A stretch of 64,000 bases of DNA. Origin: Candidatus Staskawiczbacteria bacterium. Its GTDB lineage: Bacteria > Patescibacteriota > Minisyncoccia > Minisyncoccales > Staskawiczbacteraceae. The stretch covers positions 2,290 through 66,289 of the forward strand of contig JAPLZF010000009.1 of NCBI GenBank assembly GCA_026395175.1. The letters are read 5' to 3'. Position numbers and translations under genes: made by a program. Each line of letters begins with the position of its first letter. Position 1 is the first letter of the stretch. The notes beneath the pieces were generated by a model that was given only the letters and a program-made list of their open reading frames with translations, was not told where the DNA came from and did not search any database. Positions 28,594-38,488 of the stretch are shown piece by piece.

Positions 28594-29760
28594 ATGTCAA
28601 TACTTTCAAAAGTTGCGCACAACATAGAAGGCCAGCCAATGTTCAAGGTTTTGGACAAGGTCCAGAAACTGGAAAAACGCGGAGAGAATATCATTCATTT
28701 TGAAATAGGAGACCCTGATTTTGACACGCCAAAACACATAGCAGAAGCTGCCTGCCAATCCATAAAAAACGGAGAAACCCATTACGCGAATTCAATGGGG
28801 CTTTACGATATGAGAGAAGCAATAAGGGAAACAACTTTGATATCCAGAAAATTCAAGCCGTCTTTAAACCAAGTTCTTATAACGCCCGGCGCAAATATCA
28901 TAATTTATCTTGCCATTTCCTGCTTGGTAAATCCCGGCGAAGAAGTGATTGTGCCAGACCCCGGATTCCCCACTTATTATTCTGTAATAAAACTTTGCGG
29001 AGTAAAGCCAGTAAGAGTTCCGTTAAAAGAAAAAAATAAATTCAGGATGTATCCGGTAGACGTAAGAAAAGCCATTACTAAAAAAACAAAGCTTATCATC
29101 ATCAATTCTCCAAACAATCCAACCGGTTCTGTAATGACTGAAAAAGAGCTGGACGAAGTTTATAAAATTGCAAAAGACAACGGCATTTATCTGCTTTCTG
29201 ACGAAGTATATTCTAGAATGATATACGGCGAAAATAAATTTTACAGCCCTTCTAAAAATGATGCCTGCAAAAACACAACAATTGTAATAAACGGATTCAG
29301 CAAAGCATTTGCAATGACAGGCTGGAGATTGGGAGTTGCCATCGGTCCTGAAAAAGTCATTGAAAAAATGGGGCTGTTGGTGCAGACATTGTGCTCGTGC
29401 GTTTCTCCTTTTGTGCAGAGAGCAGGAATCGCCGCCATAAACGGAGACCAGTCTGAAATTAAAAAAATGATGGAAATATATAAAGAAAGAAGAGACACGC
29501 TCGTCGAAGGACTGAATAAAATTCCGGGCTTGAGCTGCCTGAAAAGCGAAGGGGCTTTTTATGTATTCTGCAACATAACAAAAACAGGCATGACTGAAGA
29601 GCAATTTGCCGATTTTGCTTTAAAAAAAGCTAAAGTCGCGCTCCTGCCCGGCACTAATTTTGGGAAATATGGAAAAGGATATGTGAGGCTTACTTATGCC
29701 ACAAGCATTGAAAATATTAAAGAAGGCCTCAAAAGGCTGGAAAAAGTTTTAAAAAAATAA
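28594..29760 (+). CDS. class I/II PLP-dependent aminotransferase (AspC-like)
   Basis: NSPNNPTGS is present. The PLP-binding Lys is in FSKAFAMTGWRLG. Confidence 0.8.
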   Translation: MSILSKVAHNIEGQPMFKVLDKVQKLEKRGENIIHFEIGDPDFDTPKHIAEAACQSIKNGETHYANSMGLYDMREAIRETTLISRKFKPSLNQVLITPGANIIIYLAISCLVNPGEEVIVPDPGFPTYYSVIKLCGVKPVRVPLKEKNKFRMYPVDVRKAITKKTKLIIINSPNNPTGSVMTEKELDEVYKIAKDNGIYLLSDEVYSRMIYGENKFYSPSKNDACKNTTIVINGFSKAFAMTGWRLGVAIGPEKVIEKMGLLVQTLCSCVSPFVQRAGIAAINGDQSEIKKMMEIYKERRDTLVEGLNKIPGLSCLKSEGAFYVFCNITKTGMTEEQFADFALKKAKVALLPGTNFGKYGKGYVRLTYATSIENIKEGLKRLEKVLKK

Positions 29761-29764
29761 TCAA

Positions 29765-31564
29765 ATGCGCGTAGCAGACTACATAGCAAAATTTATTTAC
29801 GAAAACGGCACAAAGCATGTTTTTATGTTTTCTGGCGGAGGAATAATGCATCTCACAGACGGCCTTGCCTGCAATAAAAATTTGAAAAAAATCTGCGTCC
29901 ATCATGAACAAACCGCATCAATGGCAATTGAAGCATACTCAAGGCTTACAGGAAAAATGGGCGTTGGATATTTTACCACAGGTCCCGGCGCGACAAATGC
30001 CTTAACCGGTCTTGCGGGCGCATGGCTGGATTCTGTGCCCTGTCTTTTTATTTCCGGCCAGGCAAAAAGAAAAGATTCTGTGCGCATGGCAAAAATTCCA
30101 GGGCTCAGGCAAGTGGGCGTGCAGGAAATAGACATAATACCTGTCATAAAATCGGTCACAAAATATTCTGCCTTTGTAGACAATCCGAATGATATCAAAT
30201 ATCATCTCCAAAAAGCTTATTACTTTGCAAAAGAAGGCAGGCCAGGCCCTGTCTGGCTGGATATTCCGCTTGACGTCCAGGGAGCTGAAATTGATGAAAA
30301 AAACTTGAAGAGCTTTTATGCTCCCAAAGAAAAAAATAAAATATCAGACGGCGACATTAAAAAAATAATCAAATATCTCAAATCAGCAAAAAGACCTGTA
30401 ATTTTGGCGGGATACGGAGTAAGAATTTCGGGAGCTAAAAGCCAATTGTCTGATTTTGCCAAAAAATATAAAATACCCGTGGTCACAACTTATCTTGGAG
30501 TTGATTTGATTGAAGAAAACCATGCCTGCTATTCGGGAAGAATTGGAATCAAAGGAACAAGGTCGGGAAATTTAGCCGTGCAGAATTCTGACTTGCTGAT
30601 AGTGATCGCAAGCAGTTTGCCCGTGGCAGAGGTCAATTATGAATATAGCCAATTTGCCAGAGACGCCAAAATTGTTGTTGTGGACATTGATATGTCTTCG
30701 CATAAGAAAAAAACCATAAAAATTGACACTTTGATAAAGGGCGATGTTAAAGAATTTTTAGAAAAACTTTTAAAAAATTCAAAAAAAGAAAACTTTGATT
30801 TTGACAAAAACTGGCTGAAAACATGCGCAGGCTGGAAAAAGAAATATCCCGTCTGCCTGCCGGAATATAAAAAATTAAAAAATAAAATCAACCTTTATTA
30901 TTTTTTAGAAAAACTTTCGCAGAAACTTTCAAAAAATGACGTGGTCATAACAGATGCAGGCTCTGTTTTTTACGTAGGCTCGCAAGGAATAAAAATAAAA
31001 AAAGGAATGAGGTATATAACTTCCGGCGGATTGGCAACCATGGGCTACAGCCTGCCGGCCGGCATTGGAGCAAGCGTTGGACTGGAAAACAAAAGAACAA
31101 TATGCATAACCGGCGACGGTTCTTTCCAGCTTAATATTCAGGAACTGCAGACTTTGGTCCATTATAAGTTGCCCGTAAAACTTTTTGTGATTAACAACGG
31201 AGGATACCTTTCCATCAGATTTACGCAAAGAAAATTTTTCAACAGCCGTTTTATCGGAGTAGATAAGAATTCCGGAATTTCTTTCCCGAATATTGAAAAA
31301 ATCGCCAAGGCTTATGGAATAAAATTCGTCCGGGCAAAAAATAACAAAGAATTGGGCGCTGCCCTTGATAAAACTTTAAAATATAAAGGCCCTGTTATCT
31401 GCGAAATAATAAGTCCTGAAAATCAGGAAATTATTCCAGCTGTCGCTTCGGAAAAAAATCCTGACGGCGCCATGGTTTCAAAACCTTTGGAAGATATGTA
31501 TCCGTTTTTGGACAGGGAAGAATTCAAAAAAGAAATGATTATTAAGCCCTTGAAGAATAATTGA
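29765..31564 (+). CDS. thiamine-diphosphate-dependent enzyme of the acetolactate-synthase large-subunit family (YerE-like candidate)
   Basis: The 599-aa product has the three-domain ALS-like length. The ThDP motif ITGDGSFQLNIQELQTLVHYKLPVKLFVINNGGY (GDG..NN) is present. Confidence 0.75.
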   Translation: MRVADYIAKFIYENGTKHVFMFSGGGIMHLTDGLACNKNLKKICVHHEQTASMAIEAYSRLTGKMGVGYFTTGPGATNALTGLAGAWLDSVPCLFISGQAKRKDSVRMAKIPGLRQVGVQEIDIIPVIKSVTKYSAFVDNPNDIKYHLQKAYYFAKEGRPGPVWLDIPLDVQGAEIDEKNLKSFYAPKEKNKISDGDIKKIIKYLKSAKRPVILAGYGVRISGAKSQLSDFAKKYKIPVVTTYLGVDLIEENHACYSGRIGIKGTRSGNLAVQNSDLLIVIASSLPVAEVNYEYSQFARDAKIVVVDIDMSSHKKKTIKIDTLIKGDVKEFLEKLLKNSKKENFDFDKNWLKTCAGWKKKYPVCLPEYKKLKNKINLYYFLEKLSQKLSKNDVVITDAGSVFYVGSQGIKIKKGMRYITSGGLATMGYSLPAGIGASVGLENKRTICITGDGSFQLNIQELQTLVHYKLPVKLFVINNGGYLSIRFTQRKFFNSRFIGVDKNSGISFPNIEKIAKAYGIKFVRAKNNKELGAALDKTLKYKGPVICEIISPENQEIIPAVASEKNPDGAMVSKPLEDMYPFLDREEFKKEMIIKPLKNN

Positions 31565-31565
31565 A

Positions 31566-32441
31566 ATGGCTGACAACCGCAAAAAAATATTCCTTTCAGG
31601 AGGCGACGGATTCATAGGCCGAAATATATTAGAATGCCTCAACGAAAAATACAATTTTGTGTCGCCGTCTGCAAAAGAACTCGACCTGACAAATGCCCAG
31701 GCGGTATATGATTTTTTGGAAAAAGAAAAAGTTGATATTGTGCTGCACGCAGCAAATGTTGGCGGAATAAAGGGGGAAAAAGAACCGCCGGACGCAATTT
31801 CTGCAAATCTGAAAATGTTTTTTAATTTGTTGAGGGCAAAACCCTTTTACAAAAAAATGATAATGTTCGGTTCTGGCGCAGAATATGGCAAAACAAGGCC
31901 GATTGTAAAAATAAAAGAAGATGATTTTGACAAATATATTCCGGAAGACCAATACGGATTCTACAAATATATCTGCTCAAAATATGCCGAAAAAACAGAC
32001 TTTATCACCCACATCCGGCTTTTTGGAGTATTTGGAAAATACGAACAATATGAAACGCGGTTTATTTCAAATGCCATCTGCAGAGTCCTGCTTGATATAC
32101 CCATAGCCATAAACCAAAATGTATTTTTCGATTATATTTGTGCAGAAGACGTGGCTAAAGCTGTCGATTGCCTTATAGAAAAAAAAGCAAAACATAAATT
32201 TTACAACATAGGCTCGGGCAGACAGATTGATTTGATGGCAATCGCCAAAAAAATATTGCAAATATCCGGCAAAAATCTGGAAATATTGGTGGAAAACAGC
32301 GGTTTGAACAATGAATACACCTGCGACGTTTCCAGATTCTTATCGGAATTTCCCGATTTTAAATGTGCCGACTTTGAAGAATCCATAAAAAAAATGTTTG
32401 ATTATTACAAACCCCTGATTTCTCAAATAAACATAAAATAA
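31566..32441 (+). CDS. NAD(P)-dependent sugar reductase/epimerase (extended SDR)
   Basis: The Rossmann motif is IFLSGGDGFIGRNI and the YxxxK element is YICSK. It lies immediately downstream of the ThDP enzyme. Confidence 0.65.
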   Translation: MADNRKKIFLSGGDGFIGRNILECLNEKYNFVSPSAKELDLTNAQAVYDFLEKEKVDIVLHAANVGGIKGEKEPPDAISANLKMFFNLLRAKPFYKKMIMFGSGAEYGKTRPIVKIKEDDFDKYIPEDQYGFYKYICSKYAEKTDFITHIRLFGVFGKYEQYETRFISNAICRVLLDIPIAINQNVFFDYICAEDVAKAVDCLIEKKAKHKFYNIGSGRQIDLMAIAKKILQISGKNLEILVENSGLNNEYTCDVSRFLSEFPDFKCADFEESIKKMFDYYKPLISQINIK

Positions 32442-32443
32442 AC

Positions 32444-33412
32444 ATGGAAGACAAATATTTATTAAGCATCTGCATACCAACTTACAACAGAGCTGACTAT
32501 TTGAAACAATGCCTTGATAATATTGTCCGCCAATTTGGCGATAAAAAAATAAAAGATTCAATTGAAATAGTTATTTCCGACAATGCCAGCAAAGACAACA
32601 CCGAAAATCTGGCAAAAGAATACCAAAGTCGATGGGACAACATAAAATATTTCAGAAATGAAAAAAATTTGGGCCCCGACGAGAATATGATAAATTCTGT
32701 TTTGAAGGCAGAAGGCAGATATTGCTGGACCATAGGAGACGACGATTTTATACAAAATGGCGGGCTGAATTTCATAATAAGCTCGTTGGAAAAAAAACCC
32801 GTGTCCCTGCTAACTATAAATTTTAATCCCTTTATCGACTTGGATGCCTGCGCCAAAAAAATTGAAAATATAGACGAAAAGCTTCTTATGTACTTCGATT
32901 CTCCGGAAAAATTCTGGTCTGACGGCTATTGCCAGGGCATTTTTGGAATTTTAATTTTTAACAAAAAACTATGGCTTGAAATTGACAGGAATAATTACGA
33001 AAAGCTTTGGGCTTATTATGAAATTATCCTGAAAATGATTGCCCGGTCTGACTTGCCGCTGGCTCATATAAATTATCCTCTAGCATTCATAGGCCAAGAT
33101 TACAGATGGAATGAAAATGGAACCGCCCTGCTTGTTTCGGTAAATTTTAAAAAACTTTTAGATAAATTAACCGATTACGGATATAGCAAAAAATTCATCA
33201 ACACTAAAAAATTAATAATAGCAAAAAGCCTGCCGACAGCTATCTTAAGCGCAAAAAGCTACGGCCTGAAATGCTCGTTTTCCAACTTAAAACTGATTTA
33301 CAAAAATTTTTATAATTATCCAATTTATGTTTTTGCAACCGCTTTGATTTTTTTCATACCAAATACAATTGTCAAAAAATTAAAATCCATAAAAAACAAG
33401 CTTAAAAAATAA
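32444..33412 (+). CDS. GT2-family glycosyltransferase
   Basis: Motifs present are LSICIPTYNRADYLKQCLDNI, IVISDNASKDNT and GDDD. Confidence 0.8.
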   Translation: MEDKYLLSICIPTYNRADYLKQCLDNIVRQFGDKKIKDSIEIVISDNASKDNTENLAKEYQSRWDNIKYFRNEKNLGPDENMINSVLKAEGRYCWTIGDDDFIQNGGLNFIISSLEKKPVSLLTINFNPFIDLDACAKKIENIDEKLLMYFDSPEKFWSDGYCQGIFGILIFNKKLWLEIDRNNYEKLWAYYEIILKMIARSDLPLAHINYPLAFIGQDYRWNENGTALLVSVNFKKLLDKLTDYGYSKKFINTKKLIIAKSLPTAILSAKSYGLKCSFSNLKLIYKNFYNYPIYVFATALIFFIPNTIVKKLKSIKNKLKK

Positions 33413-33420
33413 AAATCCGC

Positions 33421-34734
33421 ATGCAAAAAAAAATAAAAAAAGAGATATTAAAAAAAGTAAAAGATTTTTATTCTGCCAGGCCGAAAGAAAAATTCCTGCC
33501 TGGCAAAACCTACATAAACTATGCCGGCAGAGTTTATGACGAAAAAGAGCTGGTTAATTTGGTTGACAGCTCCTTGGACTTCTGGCTGACAACCGGAAAA
33601 AATGCCGCCAAGTTTGAAAAAGAGTTTGCCGATTTTTTAGGAGCAAAACATTGCTTGCTGACTAATTCCGGCTCTTCTGCCAATCTTTTGGCTGTTTCTG
33701 CCCTTACCTCAAAAAAGCTCAAAGAAAGAAGATTAAAGCCGGGCGACGAAGTCATAACAATTGCCTGCGGTTTTCCGACAACGCTTAATCCGATAATCCA
33801 GAATGGCTTGACGCCGGTTTTTGTCGACATTGAATTGGGAAGCTACAACATTGATGCAGATAAAATTGAAAAAGCGCTTTCCAAAAAAACAAAAGCAATT
33901 TTCATAGCCCACACATTGGGAAACCCTTTTAATATCGAAAAAATTTTGAAAATAGCCAAAAAATATAATCTCTGGCTTATCGAGGACAACTGCGACGCCT
34001 TGGGCTCTGAATATAACAACAAATACACCGGCACTTTTGGAGATATTTCTACGTTCAGCTTTTATCCTGCCCACCATATGACTATGGGCGAAGGCGGAGC
34101 GATTGTGACAAATAATTTTGAACTGAAAAAAATAATCTCTTCTTTCCGCGACTGGGGCAGGGACTGCTGGTGCGAATCGGGATGCGACAATACCTGCAAA
34201 AAAAGATTCGGATGGAAACTGGGAAAAATGCCTTTCGGCTACGACCACAAATATATTTATTCGCATATCGGATATAACCTTAAAATTACCGACCTTCAAG
34301 CGGCAATCGGGCTGGCCCAATTAAAAAAACTTCCTTCTTTCATTGAAAAAAGAAGAGAAAATTTTGATGCAATTTACAATATATTGGAGCCGTACCAAAA
34401 ATATCTATTGTTGCCGAAAATAGAAAAAAACTGCAAGCCTTCGTGGTTCGGTTTTCCCATCTTAGTGAAAAAGACAGCTTGTTTTACAAGAAACGACATC
34501 GTAAATTATTTGGAAAATAATAAAATAGCAACCCGCATGCTTTTTGGAGGGAATCTTTTGAAACAGCCCGCTTATCTTAATATAAAGCGCCGAGTCCATG
34601 AAAAATTAAAGAATACCGACATCGTGATGGATGACCTGTTTTGGATAGGCGTTTATCCCGGAATCGGCAAGGAACAGATAAATCACATAGCAAAAACTAT
34701 TAAAAAGTTTTTTGAAGAAAAAAAATGTATATAG
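33421..34734 (+). CDS. PMP-dependent nucleotide-sugar 3-dehydratase (RfbH/DdhC E1 or ColD type)
   Basis: This is a DegT-fold protein of 437 aa. The Schiff-base Lys is replaced by His: FSFYPAHHMTMGEGG (His codon 34072..34074), compared with FAFYPNKQITTGEGG and FSFYANKIISTGEGG in the two true aminotransferases of this window. A Cys cluster, DWGRDCWCESGCDNTC (~34165..34197), is present. Confidence 0.75.
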   Translation: MQKKIKKEILKKVKDFYSARPKEKFLPGKTYINYAGRVYDEKELVNLVDSSLDFWLTTGKNAAKFEKEFADFLGAKHCLLTNSGSSANLLAVSALTSKKLKERRLKPGDEVITIACGFPTTLNPIIQNGLTPVFVDIELGSYNIDADKIEKALSKKTKAIFIAHTLGNPFNIEKILKIAKKYNLWLIEDNCDALGSEYNNKYTGTFGDISTFSFYPAHHMTMGEGGAIVTNNFELKKIISSFRDWGRDCWCESGCDNTCKKRFGWKLGKMPFGYDHKYIYSHIGYNLKITDLQAAIGLAQLKKLPSFIEKRRENFDAIYNILEPYQKYLLLPKIEKNCKPSWFGFPILVKKTACFTRNDIVNYLENNKIATRMLFGGNLLKQPAYLNIKRRVHEKLKNTDIVMDDLFWIGVYPGIGKEQINHIAKTIKKFFEEKKCI

Positions 34735-35753
34735 GATTTTACAGCAACCATAATTTATACAATAAAAATAAAATGCTTACAGACCCCTCTTCGACCATAG
34801 GGGATAATTTGATGTATCCTTTTTTTTATCTGGCTCAGCAACTTGAAAAATTGGGGCACAAATCAGCCACCATCGACACAGATAATATTGAGAATTTTGA
34901 TGCTGTAGTATTTTTGGAGTTCCCCACTTTAAAAAACAAATATTTCAGGCAGCTTTTAAAATTAGGGCGCGATAATATGTATCTTCTTATTTTTGAATCG
35001 CCTTTGATAAAACCGGATAATTTAGACTTGAAAAACCACAAATATTTCAAAAAAATATTTACATGGACAGACGAGCTGGTAGACAACAAAAAATATTTCA
35101 AAATAAATTACAGCCATAAAATCCCGGAAAAATTGGATTTTGACATAAACAAAAAAGGAAAACTGTGCGCTGTAATATCGGGCAATAAGCTTACTCCCCA
35201 CCCCAAAGAATTATATTCTGAAAGAATAAGAGCCATTCGCTGGTTTGAAAAAAATCATCCTGAAGATTTCGACCTTTTCGGCATGGGATGGGACAGATAT
35301 AATTTTCAGGGAAATTTTTTAGGAATAAATATAGCCAGGCTGAACCGTCTTGCATTTCTGGCAAAAATGCTGGCGCCGAATTATCCTTCTTACAAAGGAA
35401 AAATCAAGTCAAAGAATGAAACCTACAAAAAATATAAATTTTCCATATGCTATGAAAATATAGAAGGTTTTCCGGGATATATTACCGAAAAAATAATTGA
35501 CTGCTTTTTTGCCGGCTGCGTGCCAGTATATTTAGGCGCTCCGAATATAACAGACCACATTCCTGAAAATACTTTCATCGACAAAAGAAATTTTCACAGC
35601 TACGAAGACTTGTATAAATATCTCAAAAATATGAGCAATGAAAAATACGCCGAATATTTAGAGGCGATAAAAAACTTCATCAGAAGCGAAAAATTTTATC
35701 CGTTCACCGCAGAATATTTTGCAGAAACACTAATGCGGGAAATCATAAAATGA
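34725..35753 (+). CDS. GT10-family fucosyltransferase-like glycosyltransferase
   Basis: KFSICYENIEGFPGYITEKIIDCFFAGCVPVYLG matches the GT10 pattern FENS..Y(V/I)TEK..(G)xVPV. The GDP-fucose synthesis genes gmd and fcl are in the same cluster. Confidence 0.7.
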   Translation: MYIGFYSNHNLYNKNKMLTDPSSTIGDNLMYPFFYLAQQLEKLGHKSATIDTDNIENFDAVVFLEFPTLKNKYFRQLLKLGRDNMYLLIFESPLIKPDNLDLKNHKYFKKIFTWTDELVDNKKYFKINYSHKIPEKLDFDINKKGKLCAVISGNKLTPHPKELYSERIRAIRWFEKNHPEDFDLFGMGWDRYNFQGNFLGINIARLNRLAFLAKMLAPNYPSYKGKIKSKNETYKKYKFSICYENIEGFPGYITEKIIDCFFAGCVPVYLGAPNITDHIPENTFIDKRNFHSYEDLYKYLKNMSNEKYAEYLEAIKNFIRSEKFYPFTAEYFAETLMREIIK

Positions 35754-36799
35754 AAAAACCATTGCTGACAATTTGCGTTCTCTGCCACAACAGCGAAAAA
35801 TTCATTGAAAAAACCTTAAAATCCATTTTAAGCCAGGCTTATTCTGATTCCGAGATAATCATTTCTGACAATTATTCAGATGACAGCACGCCGGAAATTA
35901 TAAAGCATTTCCAAAAAGATTATCCGAAAATAATATACCGCAGGAATGAAAAGCCCTTGTTAGATGACCAAGACTATATCGGATGCTATGAGAATTACAA
36001 CACCTGTCTCAAATCCGGGCTGATAAACGGCGAATTTGTCGCTTTCTGCCACGACGACGATATTTATCATAAAGATGTTTTCGAAAAACAGATAAATTTT
36101 TTAATCAAAAATCCTGAAGCTGGAGCTGTTTTTACAATGGTGAATCTTATTAATAACAATGATAAAATAATCAGGACAACCAGAATTCCAAAAATCCTCG
36201 GCAAAAAAAATATCCATAATTTTACAGAAATATTCAACGCCCTTCTCTATAATGGAAATACTTTTTTAGAAACTCCGGCTTTTTTGGCAAGAAAAAAAAC
36301 ATTTGAAACCTCAGGATTTTTTAATGAAGACAGATTCCGCACATCGGCCGACCTTGAAATGTGGCTAAGAATAGCGGAAAAATATTCCATTGGCATCCTT
36401 GATGAAAGGCTGGTAGATTACAGGGTTGGAGGCGGAGGGCGGGCTTACCAGCGCTTGCGGAATAAAAGATCTGATTTTTTTTCAGTAATGGATTATTATC
36501 TGGAAAAAAAATCATTGGCTGCCGAAAATAAATTTTTAAGGCAATATGAATATCAAAAAAATTTCGACGACACTTTGCTGGCGCTCAATTTTCTTATGAA
36601 AGACGATATAACTGCGGCTAAAAAAATAATAAATCAGCCGGTTAAGTTGAGCATTTTTTTGGCTTTTTTTGAAAATATCACGTTGAAAAGAATGCAGGTT
36701 TCAATGCTGAGAATCATTATGTTTTTGGGAATTAATGCCGGATTTGGAAAATATCTCAAAAAAATATTTCAAACGCTTATCGTCATAAATCGCCGATGA
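35750..36799 (+). CDS. GT2-family glycosyltransferase
   Basis: The N-terminus reads LTICVLCHNSEKFIEKTLKSILSQAYSDSEIIISDNYSDDST. A downstream HDDD is present. Confidence 0.8.
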   Translation: MKKPLLTICVLCHNSEKFIEKTLKSILSQAYSDSEIIISDNYSDDSTPEIIKHFQKDYPKIIYRRNEKPLLDDQDYIGCYENYNTCLKSGLINGEFVAFCHDDDIYHKDVFEKQINFLIKNPEAGAVFTMVNLINNNDKIIRTTRIPKILGKKNIHNFTEIFNALLYNGNTFLETPAFLARKKTFETSGFFNEDRFRTSADLEMWLRIAEKYSIGILDERLVDYRVGGGGRAYQRLRNKRSDFFSVMDYYLEKKSLAAENKFLRQYEYQKNFDDTLLALNFLMKDDITAAKKIINQPVKLSIFLAFFENITLKRMQVSMLRIIMFLGINAGFGKYLKKIFQTLIVINRR

Positions 36800-37565
36800 C
36801 TCCGGCATATTTATTCTCAAATTCAAAAATATGGAATTTATCAATTTGTTTTTTCCGCAAGTAATCGTAAAAATGAGAATTGTCCTGGATATCATCAAAA
36901 ATTATAACAGCGCCGGCATTAAATAATTTTTCCAGCTGTTTTACCGCAAAAGCCCTGCCTCTGTAACTTTTGTCGGAATCATAATGGAATATGTCAATTT
37001 TGCCAATCTCTTTTTTTATTTTTGGAATATTAATTTCATCTCCTTTTATAAAAAGCTTCCAGTTTTTTTTGAATCTTTCTTCCACTAAAATGCCGACATA
37101 TTTTTGTGGCTCTGCCAATCTGAAATATAAAAGGTCGCTGCTGTATAAAATTCCCTGCCCGTTTTCATAAATTGCCTTCAAAAACATTTGACTGGAAAAA
37201 CCGGCTGCCACGCCGGTCTCGAATATGCGGTTTGGTTTTTTCAATTTCGTCAAAAAATAAAGCACAGGGTAAATGCCTCCTCCGCCAAGGTCATAACCGA
37301 TTTCCGGCAAAACATTATTTGCTTTTAACTTAAGCTCTGACGCGCATTTTAATGATTCTTCCCAGAGTTTATTATTTATATTTCTAAAAATTTCTGAATA
37401 ATCAGAGCAATTTTTTTTAATCCATTTTAAATTTTCTTCTTTAGACAAACTGCCTTTTTCATCAAAAAATCTTTCGACAGCTTTGCCTGCCAAAACTCTA
37501 AAATTTTCCGGAGACTTAAATCCGAATTTTATAATATTAAGCAGATTTTCAGACATTTTTTTCAT
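36783..37565 (-). CDS. class I SAM-dependent methyltransferase (O-methyltransferase family 3 / Methyltransf_24-like)
   Basis: Motifs present are IFETGVAAGFSSQ and FHYDSDKSYRGR..VIIFDDIQDN. The track start at 37649 would overlap fcl by 101 nt, so I chose the internal Met (MKKMSEN) at 37565. An alternative start is at 37556. Confidence 0.6.
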   Translation of the reverse strand: MKKMSENLLNIIKFGFKSPENFRVLAGKAVERFFDEKGSLSKEENLKWIKKNCSDYSEIFRNINNKLWEESLKCASELKLKANNVLPEIGYDLGGGGIYPVLYFLTKLKKPNRIFETGVAAGFSSQMFLKAIYENGQGILYSSDLLYFRLAEPQKYVGILVEERFKKNWKLFIKGDEINIPKIKKEIGKIDIFHYDSDKSYRGRAFAVKQLEKLFNAGAVIIFDDIQDNSHFYDYLRKKQIDKFHIFEFENKYAGVIGDL

Positions 37566-38487
37566 ACCATTCAATTGTATTTTTAAGACCGGCTTTGAAA
37601 TTAGTTTTTGCCAGGAAGCCGAACTCTTTTTTTGCAAGAGACGTATCAAGCGACCTTCTCGGCTGGCCGTCGGGCTTTGTTTTATCCCATTTGATTTTTC
37701 CTTTAAAATTCATCAACCTGCAAATTAAATCCGCCAAATCCTTTATTGAAATTTCCAAATCAGAACCCAAATTCACAGGCTCTGATTTTTCATATTTTTC
37801 CGTTGCCAGAATAATTCCTTCAGCCGCGTCTTCAACATACAAGAATCCCCTGGTGGCCTTTCCTGTTCCCCAGGCTTCAATATATTTTTTTCCGTCTCTT
37901 TTTGCCTCGTAAATTTTTCGTATCAAAGCAGCTATGACGTGCGAAGATTCAGGATTGAAATTGTCGCCGGGACCGTACATATTCAGGGGCAATAAAAATA
38001 CTGAATTAAATCCATATTGCGCCCGATAGGCCAAAGACTGCACCAAAAGCATTTTTTTAGCCAGCCCGTAAGGCGCGTTTGTTTCTTCGGGGTATCCATT
38101 CCATAAATTTTTTTCTTTAAAAGGAACGGGCGTAAATTTTGGATAAGCGCAAACTGTTCCAAGCGCCACAAATTTTTCAACGCCTTCTTGCCGGGCTACT
38201 TCCATCAGCTGGGCCCCCATTATAATATTGTCGTAAAAAAGTTCCCCGGGTTTTGCCTTGTTAAACCCAATTCCGCCCACCTTGGCGGCAAGATGTATTA
38301 CAATATTTTTACCTTTTACCGCCTTTACGCAGTCTTCCCATTTTCTCAAATCTAATTCTTCAATCGACGGCAAAAACAAATTTTTTTCCAAAACTTTTCT
38401 TTTTTCCAACAAATTGGCAACCAAGCGCTTTCCTAAAAATCCGCCCGCGCCTGTTATTAAAATTTTTTTATCTTTAAGATTTATCAT
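37549..38487 (-). CDS. fcl: GDP-L-fucose synthase (GDP-4-keto-6-deoxymannose 3,5-epimerase/4-reductase)
   Basis: Motifs present are KILITGAGGFLGKRL, PYGLAKKM and NMYGPGDNFNPESSHVIAALIRK. The protein is 312 aa. Confidence 0.8.
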   Translation of the reverse strand: MINLKDKKILITGAGGFLGKRLVANLLEKRKVLEKNLFLPSIEELDLRKWEDCVKAVKGKNIVIHLAAKVGGIGFNKAKPGELFYDNIIMGAQLMEVARQEGVEKFVALGTVCAYPKFTPVPFKEKNLWNGYPEETNAPYGLAKKMLLVQSLAYRAQYGFNSVFLLPLNMYGPGDNFNPESSHVIAALIRKIYEAKRDGKKYIEAWGTGKATRGFLYVEDAAEGIILATEKYEKSEPVNLGSDLEISIKDLADLICRLMNFKGKIKWDKTKPDGQPRRSLDTSLAKKEFGFLAKTNFKAGLKNTIEWYEKNV

Positions 38488-38488
38488 A

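Noticed and set aside
28594-31564. An alternative reading of the aminotransferase + ThDP enzyme pair as a phosphonate pathway (phosphonopyruvate decarboxylase/AEP transaminase) or a sulfonate pathway (sulfopyruvate decarboxylase, Xsc).
   Set aside because: No PEP mutase (isocitrate-lyase fold) is present in the window. The ThDP protein has the full ~600-aa ALS/YerE-type length rather than the ~380-aa decarboxylase length. It is also flanked by sugar-modifying genes. The alternative is not fully excluded without phylogeny.
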